63,285 nucleotides of DNA, filler included, from Basidioascus undulatus (GCA_000826855.1; 17 parts of 17 records of this genome joined end to end with filler, not necessarily neighbours in it); one strand, 5' to 3'; counted from the whole stretch's first letter, positions 35,749 through 48,342 are shown. Numbers and translations: made by a program. The notes: generated by a model from the letters alone, not told the origin.

Positions 35749-38170
35749 CGCGAGCGCTCAAGTAGCTTTGGGTGGGACAGGACCCGATTCGTCGAGGAGT
35801 GCACACCACCTTGACGGGCCACTCGTCTGATATCTGTACGGTTAAGTGGCTTCATGCTGGGACGCGGGGGTCCGCGATCGTCAGCGGGAGCGCGGACGGG
35901 ATGGTCCGGGTCTGGCGGGCGGGTGCGGAGGGGAAGGTGAGTGCGCTGCCTGCGTTTCTGCATTTCCGGAGAGACAGTATTCACTTGTGGTCCTCTGGTA
36001 CAGTGGAGGACTTCGGCGCTGCTGCAGGGCCACACCAAATCCATCTCCGCGCTCGGCGTGCTGCGCGCTCCGCACGTTCGGACGGACAAGGGCGAGCTGG
36101 TCGTCATTGGGTCGTCGGACGGGTCGCTGCGTGTTTGGAACTTGAAGGCGGCGGGTGAGCAAGGTGCGCGTTTTCTTTAGCTTGAAGAACAGGGAGGGAG
36201 CTGAGCGATGTGTGGGCAGACGAGGTCGAGCTCGTGCAGACTATCAACTTGAACGGACGCTTCCCGCTCGATATTGCTCTTACTTACCTTCCGGAATCCG
36301 ATAGTAGGTTTCTTTCTCGAAACTATCATTTTCTATCGAGTGTTTTTCTGAGCACGTGGAACAGCCATCATCATGGCCCTCGGCAGCACCGACCGCCGCA
36401 TTGAAATCTGGGTCCAGAGCGAGAACCAGGTGTGTCGCTGCGTCTCATTCTTCCTAACCGGCACTAATCACCAACCCCTCCACCCCACAGTTCTCCTCCG
36501 CCCTCATGCTCGAGGGGCACGAAGACTGGGTCCGCGTCCTGTCCTTCGCGACGCTGCCCCCCACTTACTCCACGCCCACCAAAGTCGTCCTCGCCTCGGG
36601 TTCGCAGGACGCCTACGTCCGCCTGTGGGAGATCAAGCCCTTCGTCCCCTCCGCTTCACGCCCCGCACCCGCCGTGGAGGCTGAGACGCCCCGCGGCGAG
36701 CTCAGCGTGGGGATGCTCGATGAGTTTGAGAGGCGCTTACGAGAGGGGGATGCGGATGCGGGGGACGAGGTGGGGAGCACTCGGCAGATCTCGACGAAGG
36801 CGCATGTGCTTGTGGTCAAGAATGCGGATGGGACGTCCAAGTGCGTGGATGTGGCACACCGCCCGATGTTCGCCTGATTGCTGATGAGCCCAAGCGGCAC
36901 AGGCAATTCTCGCTCAACTTCGAGGCGCTCCTCCTCGGGCACGACAGCTGGATCACCGGGCTTCACTGGCACCCCGCCGTCCCCTCCCCATCCTCCTCCC
37001 CCAGCACCACCTCCTACACGCAGCCGCTCCTCCTCCTCTCCTCCTCCGCCGACAAGTCCCTCATCCTCTGGTCTCCCTCCTCCGGGCTCTGGACGAACCA
37101 CCGCCGCTTCGGCGAGTTCGGCACGGGCGGGCTGGGCACGTTCGGCGGGCTCTGGGGCCCCTCGGGGGAGGAGGTGTTTGCGCATGGGTTGGGGGGCAGC
37201 TTTCATAGATGGAGGAGGGATGGGAAGGGGGAAGGATTATGGGACCCTGAGGTCGGCGTGACGGGCCATGCGGCCCCGGTCAGGGACGTCTGCTGGGACC
37301 CGAGGGGGGAGTTCTTCATGTCTGTCAGGTACGCACATCCCACTCTCCCTTTCAACCACCAACCTACTAACCCACCCCCGCGCCTCACAGTATCGACCAA
37401 ACCACTCGCCTCCACGCGCCCTGGAAGCGCGACGGGACCGAGACGTGGCACGAGCTCGGCCGCCCGCAGACGCACGGGTACGACGTGCACGCGCTCGCGT
37501 TTGTGGGCGCGGACAGCTTGCAGTTCGCAAGCGCCAGCGACGAGAAGATTGTAAGGGTGTTCCAGGCTCCGCGAGGGTGGGTGAGGACGGCGCGGAATCT
37601 GGGCGTAAGCAGCGCAGAAGTGGATGAGGTAAGGGGTTGTCTTTGTTTTCGCGGTTTTAAGTGCGTTAGGAGACTTGGGATGCTGATAATTGCGTGCTTT
37701 GTCAGACGAACCGACCGGTCGCGTCAAACCTCCCTCCTCTACAGCTGTCGAACCGAGTCGTGGGCGAGGGTGTGTGATCCTCGGGCAACAACGCCTTCTT
37801 ACGCAGGCGCATACTTTCAGTCGCTTATCCCCCGCCTTTCTGCAGATGAGGAGACCGCACCGCAAGACGCCGCGGACAGCGCGGACACGTCGAGCTGGGC
37901 GGCGCGGGCGATGATCGGCGAGGGTCTGCATCAACCTCCGGTGGAGGAGCAGCTGGTTACTACTTTGTGGCCAGAGTGAGTCTGCGATGTGGAGCCGGCT
38001 GTCGAAGGAACGAGGGCTGAGAGGGTGCCTTTTTCACAGGACGAACAAGCTTTTCGGACACGGTACGCCCTCTGTCCCCGTACAATCGCCCGACTGTAAC
38101 TGATCCATCTCCCCTGCAGGCTACGAAGTCCGTCCGCTCCCGCCCCATCCCCATCCCCCTACTGCACTAA
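35749..38170 (+). CDS. ELP2: Elongator subunit 2 (WD40), internal fragment
   Basis: [87 protein letters not shown]. Confidence 0.92.
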
Positions 38171-38374
38171 NNNNNNNNNNNNNNNNNNNNNNNNNNNNNN
38201 NNNNNNNNNNNNNNTTAATTAATTAANNNNNNNNNNNNNNNNNNNNNNNNNNNNNNNNNNNNNNNNNNNNGAAGCAGACGTTCGATAAGGACACCGCGAA
38301 GATCGTCGCGGGCGATGAGGACGAAGGGAGAATGGAGAAGGTGAGAAGACGGCGGGGACGGGAAGGGGACGCAC

Positions 38375-39274
38375 GCGATAAGGGATCGGATCGCAGACGT
38401 TATGCGACCTGCTACGAATTCTACAACGATCGATATCTGCGTAGTAACGAATGACGGTCAGAGGTGAGAGATTATGAGATGGAGAGGAACGGACAGGGAA
38501 AATGGAGGGAGACGCACTTCACGGTCCTCGTACTCGTCGTTTTTGGAGATGATGAGATCCATCAGCTCTTGCGCTTCTTCTCGGGCGTCTTCGTGCGTCT
38601 TGCCTGAACATACGGATCACGGTCAGTTTTTGGCCAGAAGGGAAGGGGATGGGAGGGATAGCAATACGATGGCAGGACGAGGAAGAGCGACCCACCAGAG
38701 TCCTCCTCAAACACCCGCATCGCAAGGACCTCGTCCCCATCCTCAAGCAGCTGGTCCATCAACCAGTCCAGAGCGCCCTCGCCGTTCGCATCCGACGACG
38801 CGCCGACGAGGAAGGTGCGGGTGTTCTTGCTCCTCCGGTAGGCGCGGGTTGTTGCTTGGAGGGTGAAGTTGGACATGGCGGTCCCGGAGATGTCTTCGGA
38901 TTCGAGGGCGTCGAAGCCGACCTGCTCCCCATCCTTCCCTGTTAGCAACCGAGAGCGACAACAAGAAAGAGAGGAGGAGCAACGGAGAGGGAGAGAGGGA
39001 GAGTGGGAGAATGGGGACGGAGAGAGGGAAGGAGGATAGCGCACCCTGCGCCTGTACCTGACCCGCTCCCCGCTGTACGTCCGTGCCCTCGGCGGCAAGC
39101 TGCCCGTCCCACCGCTCCGGCTGCTCGCCCCGCCCGAGCCCTCCTTCGTATGGCTAGCCTCCGGCAGTCCAGCAGCGGGGAAAGACACAGTAGACCCGCT
39201 GGGCGGGGACGAGGCGGGCGTTGCGGACGGGGAGGAGGAAGAGTTGGCGGGTCGGGCGAGGTGCGGGAGCGGAT
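38375..39274 (-). CDS. Universal stress protein (Usp) domain coding region; no ATG in the first recognisable exon; 3' part missing
   Basis: RYRRR-VGFDAL...NFTLQA....YRRSKNTRTFLVG.....GEGALDWLMDQLLEDGDEVLAMRV...ISIVVEFVAGRI matches the fungal Usp-domain pattern. Confidence 0.75.
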
Positions 39275-39356
39275 CTGCGGTGTTTGGCGCGCGTCAACAA
39301 CTTCCTTTCTCGGAGAAGGGGAAAGGCAAAAGAGAAAAGGAGGAAGAAGGGCGAAC

Positions 39357-40650
39357 CTCAACCACGCCCGGCACGCCCTTATGCGGCCCCCCCAAATTCC
39401 TCACGCTCGAATAATGCTCCCAATTATGGTACGCCACATAAAGCGGGCTCTTTCTCAGCCGCTCCTCCTCCTCGTCCCGTGCGCGCCCCTTGCCCTTGAG
39501 CTTCGCGGAGGGGGACTCGTCCTCGCACCCGACGACGTAGACCAGCCCGGGCTGGATGACCTTGATCGGCCGCTGGAAGACGTGCGCGAATGCAGAGAGC
39601 TCGAGATGGCCGGCGTAGGTGCCTGGCAGCGCGGAGGGGATGGGTGTGAGTATGGGAGGGGGAGGAGGGGAGAGGATGGGATGGGACGGGGAGAGGGAGG
39701 GGGGAAGAGGACAAACCGGGGATGCGCATCACTCGGACGTGCTCCTCGAAGGGCCGGTCATCCTCCACGAACGCGGAGTACCTTTCGGGTTGCGACTCGA
39801 GGTGGTCGCAGACCTGGTGGGTGAGGGTGGGCAAGAGGAGGGTGGTGGGGGAGGAGTCAGCGGGGGATGCGACTTTCGCAAAGAGCAGCGGATGCCACAG
39901 CGTCGCCATGACCCTAGAATCCTGACAATACACAATGTGGATTTCGAATGCCCATGACCCATCAAAATGCCCTGCGAGGTCGAGGCAGCGCTCGCCTTCT
40001 CTCGACGCCTCCCAGCCCGCTCGCGCTCACGTGCAAATCATCTCGCCAGCAAACCCTCGCTCTCGCGCCTTCCTCGCCCCACACACACGATTCACACAGC
40101 CCAATACAAAGCAGTAGACTGTCCCACCCACTCACCTCCTTCCTCAACCGCCCATGCTCCCCCTCCCCGCCCGTAAGCTGGTCCGAGAGCGCCCTGCCCA
40201 CGCCCAACGCCCAAACAAAAAATGAGCCTTCCCTGCCTTGCCCGCCGAAACAAAGGGAAGTGAGGTAGACACGCACCTGAATAGACAGTTCCCGTCCCCG
40301 ACGGTATTGGCCGCGTACAGCCCAAGCGCGCGGAGTTGCGCAGACAAGTCGCGCTCGTACGTCGCCGGGTCGTCCGCGAGCTGGGCGGAGAGCATCCATC
40401 GATCAGCTTCGGCTCGCTCGCTGGGTCGCTTTTGGCAAAGAATACGCACGAGCGGCTGGGACCTGCGCGTCTTTGTGCGCCCTTAGGACCAAAGCGATCC
40501 ATGTGTCAGAGGCAGGGTGGGTTGTTGGGTCTCTCTTCGCTCTCATGCCCTCCCCTGGGCTGAGGGCTCACCTTGTACGACCCCGTGGCGGGCTGCAGCA
40601 CCGCTTCGGCCAGCTTTGGCGCCGGGGCGGTGCGGGTTGCCTTTGCCCAT
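39357..40650 (-). CDS. OTU-domain deubiquitinase (OTUD3/Otu2-like)
   Basis: ATG at 40650. Cys box LGLYAANTVGDGNCLFRALSDQL, then GTYAGHLELSAF, then His box LYVAYHNWEHYSSVRN. Confidence 0.9.
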
Positions 40651-40791
40651 GTGGTGGCGGGGGGGGAGAGGGTGGAGGCGCATCTGGTTTTNNNNNNNNN
40701 NNNNNNNNNNNNNNNNNNNNNNNNNNNNNNNNNNNTTAATTAATTAANNNNNNNNNNNNNNNNNNNNNNNNNNNNNNNNNNNNNNNNNNNN

Positions 40792-42090
40792 CGCACCCCG
40801 TTCTGGCGGCGACGGGTTGGAGGATTCGTCCTCGGCGAGTCTGAGAGACGCAAGGTACTTCGCGCACGATACTTTGACGTCGTTTATCCCGCCCTGGAAC
40901 CAGGGGGGCATGGGGGTGCCGGAGATGAAGCAGGATTTCACTACCTGCGTTCCGCGCGGGTGAAAACCATCAGCGCATACACTTCAGTAAAAAGGGGAGG
41001 ACAGATGATGGATGTACGAAAGTCCGGATATCTTCGACGCCGTCGGTACACCAGAGCTGGGTCCGCCGCAGAGTCAGTCAAGTCGGCAAAGCGGGGAAGG
41101 CAAGGGGACGGGAAGAGCAGGAGACGCACGGCACGCTTGGTGGAACCCGGCGTAAACAGCTCGTGCTTCTGAAGGAACGTCTCGTAGAAGTCGTCGAGGA
41201 CTTTGTCGAATGTTGGGGCGGCGTCTACTTGCGCCTAGGGGGTCGCTCGGGCTTTAGCCACGAAAAGTGCGTAGAGGTACGAAGAAAGGAAGGGGAGGAG
41301 GAAGAAGGAAAGATGAATGTGGGACAAACCTGCGTGATCCCCGTGAGGGACTTGCAGAAGTCTGAGAGCTGCGGGCGCCAGACGGGGCGGACGAAGGAGC
41401 GGTAGGTATCGACTATGACGAGCTCTTCGTCGTCATGGTCGGAGGAGGACGAGGGTGGAGATGGAGAGGAAGGAGAGGAAGATGGAATATTGGCGCGGGA
41501 GGGGAGGGAGGAGGAGGAAGGCGGCTTCTTTCGCCATTGTAGGAGGACGACGGGGAATTCCTATAAGTGCAAAAAGATGTTCGAGCTCCTTACTAGAAAG
41601 CGCTCGGCAGTCAGGAACGCACGATGATCTGTCGCTGGGGCGTCAGCAAAACACACCACATGGGTGATGGAAGAACGACAAGACTGACCTCATTAGGCCA
41701 CCGAAAATTCTTTCCCCTCTCACAAGTAGCTTCCACATCGCAGACTAAGAACGAGTCATAGGTCTGCTTCTCCCGCAGGGACATGGCCCGCGCGCGCTCG
41801 AGCTCGGCTGCGCGGCGCGCCTCGGCGCGCTCAGCTTCAGCAAGCCCTTTTTGATGGCGTTTCAGACGTCTGTTATGAATTGTTTATTTAGGTTCCATGA
41901 AGGTGGGGGAGTTGAAGAACTAGAGAGGGGGAGGGGAAGCAGAAACACACTTTGAGAGAACGTCTTTGTGCCCTCGCGGGTCGAGGTTGAGCGCTACGAG
42001 CTGAGCGCGGAGAGACTGGACTGAAGAGCAGGACGAGGATCTGGAGGACGGTGAGGGCGAGGGTGCGGTGGATGGTTCCATCGACCCCAT
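40792..42090 (-). CDS. ERI1: ERI1-family 3'-5' exoribonuclease (SAP + DEDDh), 3' end missing
   Basis: SAP-like SVQSLRAQLVALNLDPRGHKDVLSKRLKR; ExoI motif FLVCDVEATC; NE-II-EFPVVL; SFVRPVWRPQLSDFCKSLTGITQAQVDAAPTF. Confidence 0.85.
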
Positions 42091-42297
42091 CCTGTTTGCT
42101 GGTAAAAGAAAACAAATGGAAGACGGTCCAAATCCCGGGCGTTGAAGGGAAGCATTTCGGCATTTTGGAACTCATTGATAGTTGAGCATCGGCGCTACCG
42201 ACCGGCACGCGTTCCTTGCGCTCCGAGCTGGCCCTCTCACCACCTCCAACCATCGTCCCAACTATTCGCAGACCCTCTCACCGGGGTCCAGCACCCC

Positions 42298-43210
42298 ATG
42301 CGATCCCAAGCCCCCCTCGCGCCGCACCCGATCCCGCTCCCGACGCTCACCTTCCTCGACCTCCTCACGCAACACACATCCACGCTCCCGCGGCTGCAGG
42401 ACCTCGAGACGCTCAGGTCCGAGCTCAACATCCTCCGCTCGAACGTCATCGACCGCAAGGCCAAGCTCGACTCTGACCAGCGCGCCCTCGAGGAGAGGCA
42501 CCAGAAGCTCAGGGCTGAGCGCCGCGCCGAGCGGGAACATCAGCTCCAGCAGCTCCAGCTGCAGGCCGCGAACGTTGCGGCCGCTCAGGCGTCTGCTACT
42601 GCCGCGGAGTCGGCTGCCGCTGCACAGGGTCAGGCCGCATCGATGGTGCCACCTGTGCTGCCGCCGGGACCGGGACCGGGGAAGGCGAAGAAGAAGGGGA
42701 GGGTGGGGACGGGTGAGTGCGCTGGGGTCTGAGCTGTCGCGACACGCTTGGGCTGACTCTGTCCTGGCGCGATAGAAACGCCCGAGCCTGACGCTGAACG
42801 ACGAGGGTGGGTCTGGTCCGATTCATCTGTAGAAGCTGAGTCTGACCTGTGTTGGGCTTGACAGAAGCTTCGTCGAACCTAATCGCAGCAAAAAGAAGCG
42901 CAAGCGCGAGGAGGACGAGCTGGGAGCAGGGTCGCCGGACGGACTCGTCGCAGGAGGTCTGCCCTGTTCGCAAGGCTACACCTCTGCAGCTGGTTACTAA
43001 ACCTCCTTTCTTCAGGCCACGCCAAAGCCCGCCTCTACTCTCCTCCACATCAACCCGTCAAGCTCAAGCTGTCCTCCGCCAAAGTGCGTCTTTTCCCCAC
43101 ACCAGCCCTCTCTTCCCACCTGCATCTCACCTCCCCCGCAGGGTACCAACCGCCGCTCGCAGCACCAGCTCGAGCTCGAGGTCGAGTCGATCGGCGCACA
43201 CCTGAACGCG
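42298..43210 (+). CDS. N-terminus of a probable SAGA/ADA subunit Ada3 (Ngg1)-like protein
   Basis: LPRLQDLETLRSELNILR followed by a coiled coil and basic patches resembles the N-terminus of basidiomycete Ada3. The diagnostic Ada3 domain is not on the contig. Confidence 0.45.
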
Positions 43211-43310
43211 NNNNNNNNNNNNNNNNNNNNNNNNNNNNNNNNNNNNNNNNNNNNTTAATTAATTAANNNNNNNNNNNNNNNNNNNNNNNNNNNNNNNNNN
43301 NNNNNNNNNN

Positions 43311-44125
43311 GGGGGGGGGGGGGGGGGGGTAAATAGGATGAGAGCGGCGCACTGCTTCGATGAGCGTCTTGGACGGCGCATGGAAGAACGCGACGTCCTT
43401 GTTCTTGAACCCAGAAAAGTAGACAGCTTCAATCTGAGTCGCGGAGAAGTGGGGTCCAGGTCCAGGGCCTTGTTCAGAAAGGACTCTTCAGTGTTACGGT
43501 ATTGGAAGCCCAACGCACCTCAGGCTCGAAGCCGTATTTCGTTCCCTCGGGATCCTTGCCATACAACCCGTCAAACTGCAGGTCGGGCACCTTCTCCTGC
43601 AGGCCGTCTGAAAGCCAGGGTAACGACATGGCACGGTAAGTTCCAGACCCGTATCTGAGATGTGCGGAAATGTGAGATGCACCGACGCCAATGACCTTCG
43701 CCGCCGGAAACGCGGCCTTGAAGTCCTCTGCCCGTCCGCCCTATCTCAGCTCCCCTTCCCTCCACCCTCTCTCCTCACCGCCTGTCCTAAACTCACTCAA
43801 ATGCAGCCAATGCACAGCATCCAGCCCCACAATGTACTTGACGTCTCCCATATCGCCGAGCGTCTGGCGTGTGGGCTGGTCGAGCGACGTGCTCGCCGCG
43901 ACCCACACATCCCCGTTCGCGAGCTTCACCGCGGTGCTGCGCCCGCCGAACTTCACCCCCGGTCCGCGCGAGAAGGGCGCAGAGAAGATGGTGAGGTGTG
44001 AGGTGAGCTGGCGGATCACTGTGAGATGACTTGGGGTCAGGAAGGAAAGGGGGGAGCTGAGAGCGGAAAGAGGAATGTGGGTGGGTACCTGTTGAAGACT
44101 GAGCGGGGGTGGGGACGCCGGACAT
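43311..44125 (-). CDS. DUF4336-family (metallo-beta-lactamase-like fold) protein, 3' end missing
   Basis: VIRQLT..LTIFSAPFSR...KFGGRSTAVKLANGDVWVAAST.L...GDVKYIVGLDAVHWLHL..FKAAFPAAKVIGV. Confidence 0.75.
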
Positions 44126-44604
44126 GCTGCTTTCGTATTCAGAGGTAGGGGGTAGCTGGTAATATTTTGGTAAGTTGCGTCGTTATGCGAGCAGGCTTGA
44201 TGGAGTGTCGTCGTCGCGACAGCGAGATCGACATCGAGCGAACTGACGTCATTTTGGCGTGCAAGCCCGTCGATCGAGTCGCCGTTGGGTGTCCCGAAAG
44301 GCCGGCATTCAAACTAGCCTCGATAAGCGCCGAGTTTTTCAGTTCCTGGCTACGACTGAGGAAGACCGGAAGACTCGAAGAGGTGCTTACGGAGTTCGCG
44401 CTCGAGACTGAGTGCGAGCCCAAGTAGCGTCCTCATTGCACCGTCCCAGCCTGGCAACCAACGGGCACAGACAGGGGCTCAATCCTCGCATGCCTGTAAA
44501 CAATGTGACTGCATCTCCCCTATCCATCGACCCTCACAAGGTTCCTTCATGACCCTGCCTGTCTAGCTCCCCAATGTCCCATCCTCACCTCCCTCCCAGC
44601 CGTC

Positions 44605-45727
44605 TCACTGCTCCGCCCCCTCCCGCTCCAGCACCCGAAACAGCACCCCAAAGTCCTTCTCGCCCTCGCCTTCCCCCACAACACGCTCATACATCCTCGC
44701 GGCGAGCTCGCCGCCCTCCAGCCTGACGGGCTCGGATGCCGCGCGCGCGGCGTCGAGGGCGAGGTGGATGTCCTGATTGGACGCATGCACCTGTTTAGCG
44801 ACGGAAGAGGCGGAATAGAAGGGGAAGGAAAGGGAGAGGAAAGAAGGGAGAGAAGAGAGAGGAAAAGGCGCACCTTGTTCATCAGCTTCGCTGCGAACCC
44901 GCCCGCGTAGTCGCGGTCTGCGGGCGGCGGGGGGACGGCCGAGGGGAGCGCGCCCGGACAGGGGTTGTTAATTTCGGAGGACCAGCATTTGCCTGTGGGG
45001 TGGGGAGGAGGCGTGCCAAACAGTTATGAAGAGGGAATGAGGGAGGTGGGAAGGGGGGAAGGTGGGGAAACGAACCGGTGGAGGTGTTGATTACGGATGC
45101 GAGCACGGCGGGGGGGAGGCCGAGCCGCTTGCCGAGGAGCATCCCTTCGGAGACTGCGAGCATGTGCTGGGCGAGTACCAAGCTTGCTCCCACCCAACCC
45201 GTCAATCAACATCCTTCTCCCACAAAATCCGCCAGAAAAGACGAAAAGGGGGACACTCACTTGTTAACGATCTTAGCCGCCAGTCCGCTCCCGGCGCCCC
45301 CACAAAGCACGACCCTCCCGCCCATCCTCTCCAGCATTCCCCTGACCCTTCCGAAGCTCTCTTCTCCCCCAGCCGCGCCAACCATGAACGCGAGTGTCCC
45401 CGCCTTGGCGCCGACCACCCCGCCGCTGACGGGCGCGTCGAGGAAGTCGACGCCTTGGATCTTCCGGAGATCGGAGGACAGCGCGCGCGAGAAGGGCACG
45501 TCGAGCGTCGTGCAGTCTATGAAGGTGGTGGTCGTTGGTTGGGTTGGCGGGGAAGCGGAGTTATGGATTTGGGAAAGGGAGGGGAGGAGGGAGGTGTAGT
45601 ATAGGGACTTGACTTGAGGGGTCGAGGGGAGCATGGTGAAGATTGTTGAGGCGTAATGGGGGATCCTGATGCACCTTCTTGTTAGTCACCTCTGTCTAGA
45701 CCTGGGAGACTAAGAAAGGGAGAAGAA
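44605..45727 (-). CDS. 3-hydroxyisobutyrate dehydrogenase, 5' end missing
   Basis: TMLPSTPQVK; FIDCTTLD; FLDAPVSGGVVGAKAGTLAFMVG; CGGAGSGLAAKIVN; VINTSTGKCWSS..NNP.PG; KDFGVLFR. Confidence 0.9.
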
Positions 45728-45827
45728 NNNNNNNNNNNNNNNNNNNNNNNNNNNNNNNNNNNNNNNNNNNNTTAATTAATTAANNNNNNNNNNNNNNNNN
45801 NNNNNNNNNNNNNNNNNNNNNNNNNNN

Positions 45828-48242
45828 CCTCCTTCCTCGCCACGCCCTCGCCGCCCATGCCCGGCTCCTCCGGCCCCTCCGCGGCCGCCTCCGCGTCCTT
45901 CTACGGCCTCGACCCTTCCGCCTTCTCCCGCCCCGTCAACTTCCAGATGCCGTCTTTCCTCAGCGCAGGCGGCGTCGGCGTCGGCGGCGGTGTGGAGGTG
46001 GGAGCGGGTTCGCGCCTGCTAGTTGGGGAGGGGGCGGGATGGTCGACCAGCAGCAGCAGCAGTTCCAGGGCGGCGGAGGGCAGCAGGGGGATGCAGAGAT
46101 GTGCGTGGTTCCCTCTCTTCCCCCCTCCTCCCGCTTTCCTTCCCTTCATGCCTTCCCCTCTCCACCCCGCAGGTCTCCCAGCTTTCCCGCCTACTCCCAC
46201 CCCCCCTCCGCGGACCCCTCCATCGCCGCGCCGACCGCCCTGCACCGGGAGCCCTCCCAAGCCGCCTACCCACCCTCAAAATTCAGTAACAACCCCACTC
46301 CCGCGCCCTCCCATCCCGGGGGGAAGGCGCCCTCCCCGCCCGCGGGCTCATCCCCTGCGCCCTCGCAGGCCTCCGCCGGCTCGGGCTCGAGCAGCGCGGG
46401 CAGCAGCAGCAGCTTCGGGAGCGGCGGGCCCGTGTATGGGAACATTGCGGCGGGGGAGACGATGCCGGGGATTTATTCGAGTACCGGGTTCGACATGCTT
46501 GGTGTGCTCGCGAGGGTCGCGGCGAGGAAGAATCCGGTTTGCACGATGGGGCCGGTGGATATGTCCTGCGTGCGTCTTCCCTCTTGCTTCTTCCTCTCTT
46601 CCCCTCTTAGCTCCTTCCCGTCTCCCACTTTTCCCCTCTTCCCCCAACCCTACCACCCCATCCCCCGCACTCCCCTGACGTCCCGCGCACCCCACTAACG
46701 CTCTACCCCCAGCGCAGTCATTCCTCGTCGTCGACGTCCGGCGCTACGACTCGCCGATCGTATACGCGTCGCCGACGTTCTCGCGCCTGACGGGGTACGA
46801 CCACTCGGAGATTTTCGGGCGCAACTGCCGCTTCCTCCAGGCGCCCGACGGGCAGGTCCAGCCGGGCGAGAAGCGCCGCTACACGGACAGCGCCGCGGTG
46901 GGGCACTTCAAGAAGCATCTCAGCCAGGGAAAGGAGTGCCAGGGGAGCTTGATCAACTATCGGAAGGGGGGTAGCCCTTTGTGCGTTTGTCTTTTTGTCT
47001 TCCACTACCCCCTCTCTGCATGTCTGACGGTGGGTGGACCAGCATCAACCTCGTAACCGTCATCCCGATCCCCTGGGACACGGACGAGGTCGCGTACCAC
47101 GTCGGGTTCCAAGTGGACCTAGTCGAGCAAGCCGAACGCGATCCTCGAAAAGATGCGCGACGGCTCGTACATCGTGAACTACACGCTCCTGAAAGGGCCG
47201 CCCGCGCCGCTCTCGCTCCCGGCGCCCGAGGACCGCTTCCTGAGCCAGGAGCTCCTGGACGTTGTGGGCAGCAGGAGGAGCCCCGATAACCAGCTTCCGC
47301 CGCCCAATACGCCGATGACGGGCGAGACGGATATTGGGAAGCAGGAGTGGTTGAGGATGCTTTTTGAGCAGGCGGACGGTGAGTCGCGGAATCAAGGTGA
47401 GGGGAGAGGGGAATGGAGGCTGAGGTGAAGAGGGAGGACAGACTTCATCCACGTCCTTTCGCTGAAGGGCTCCTTCCTCTATGTCTCGCCGTCCGTCAAG
47501 CGCGTGCTCGAGTACGAGCCTGACGAGCTGATTGGTGCGTCTTTCCCTTCACCACCCCCCCAAAAGTATCCATTAACGCTCGCGCGCGTCTGGGCCCACC
47601 AGGTAAATCCATCTCCGAGATCTCGCACCCGTCCGACATCGTCGGGGTGATGCGGGTGCTCAAGGACGCGTCGGGCGCGTACGCGGCCGCGCAGGCGCGC
47701 GGCGGGCCCGACGCGCTCGCGCCGATCGTGAGCCTCCTGCTGCGCGTGCGCCGCAAGCACAGCGGGTACGTCTGGATCGAAGCGCAGGGCCGCCTGTACG
47801 TCGAGCAGGGTAAGGGACGCAAGTGCGTCATCTTGAGCGGAAGGGAGAGGAGCGTCCATAATATTCCGTGGAGCGCCGTGAGCGCGAGTGGGGGTGTTAG
47901 CCGTGGGTTGGAGGCGTGGTTGAAGATCTGTGGGTGACCTTCCCCTCTCCTTTCCCAGAACCCCCTTGGTGATTGGACGCTGACGTTGGGGTTGCCTGTC
48001 GCAGCCTCCGACGGACTCGTCTGCTACGCCTCCAAAAGCGTCGAGGCCCTCCTCGGCCTCAAGCCGCGCGATCTCGTCGGGCACATGCTCACCGACCTCG
48101 TCGTGGGCGAGTCGTCCAAATCCGAGCTGCGCGAGGCCGTGCGCAAAGCCTCCACGCGGGACGTGGACCCTCGCATCGGAGCGATGGCGGTCCGCCACAC
48201 GTTCCAATCCTCCCCCGGGGGCTCCAGCTCCTCCCCCGAGAT
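45828..48242 (+). CDS. WC1: Blue-light photoreceptor White collar-1 (LOV + PAS-B + PAS-C), internal fragment
   Basis: GIYSSTGFDMLGVLARVAARKNP...GPVDMSC; LOV motif GRNCRFLQ; LINYRKGG; HVGFQVDLVEQ; PAS-B DFIHVLSLKGSFLYVSPS..HPSDIV; GYVWIEAQGRLYVEQGKGRKCVILSGR. Confidence 0.93.
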
Positions 48243-48342
48243 NNNNNNNNNNNNNNNNNNNNNNNNNNNNNNNNNNNNNNNNNNNNTTAATTAATTAANN
48301 NNNNNNNNNNNNNNNNNNNNNNNNNNNNNNNNNNNNNNNNNN

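Noticed and set aside
43311..43329. 19-nt G run as a G-quadruplex element
   Set aside because: It lies at a contig edge within an intron; the length is unreliable and it probably caused the assembly break.
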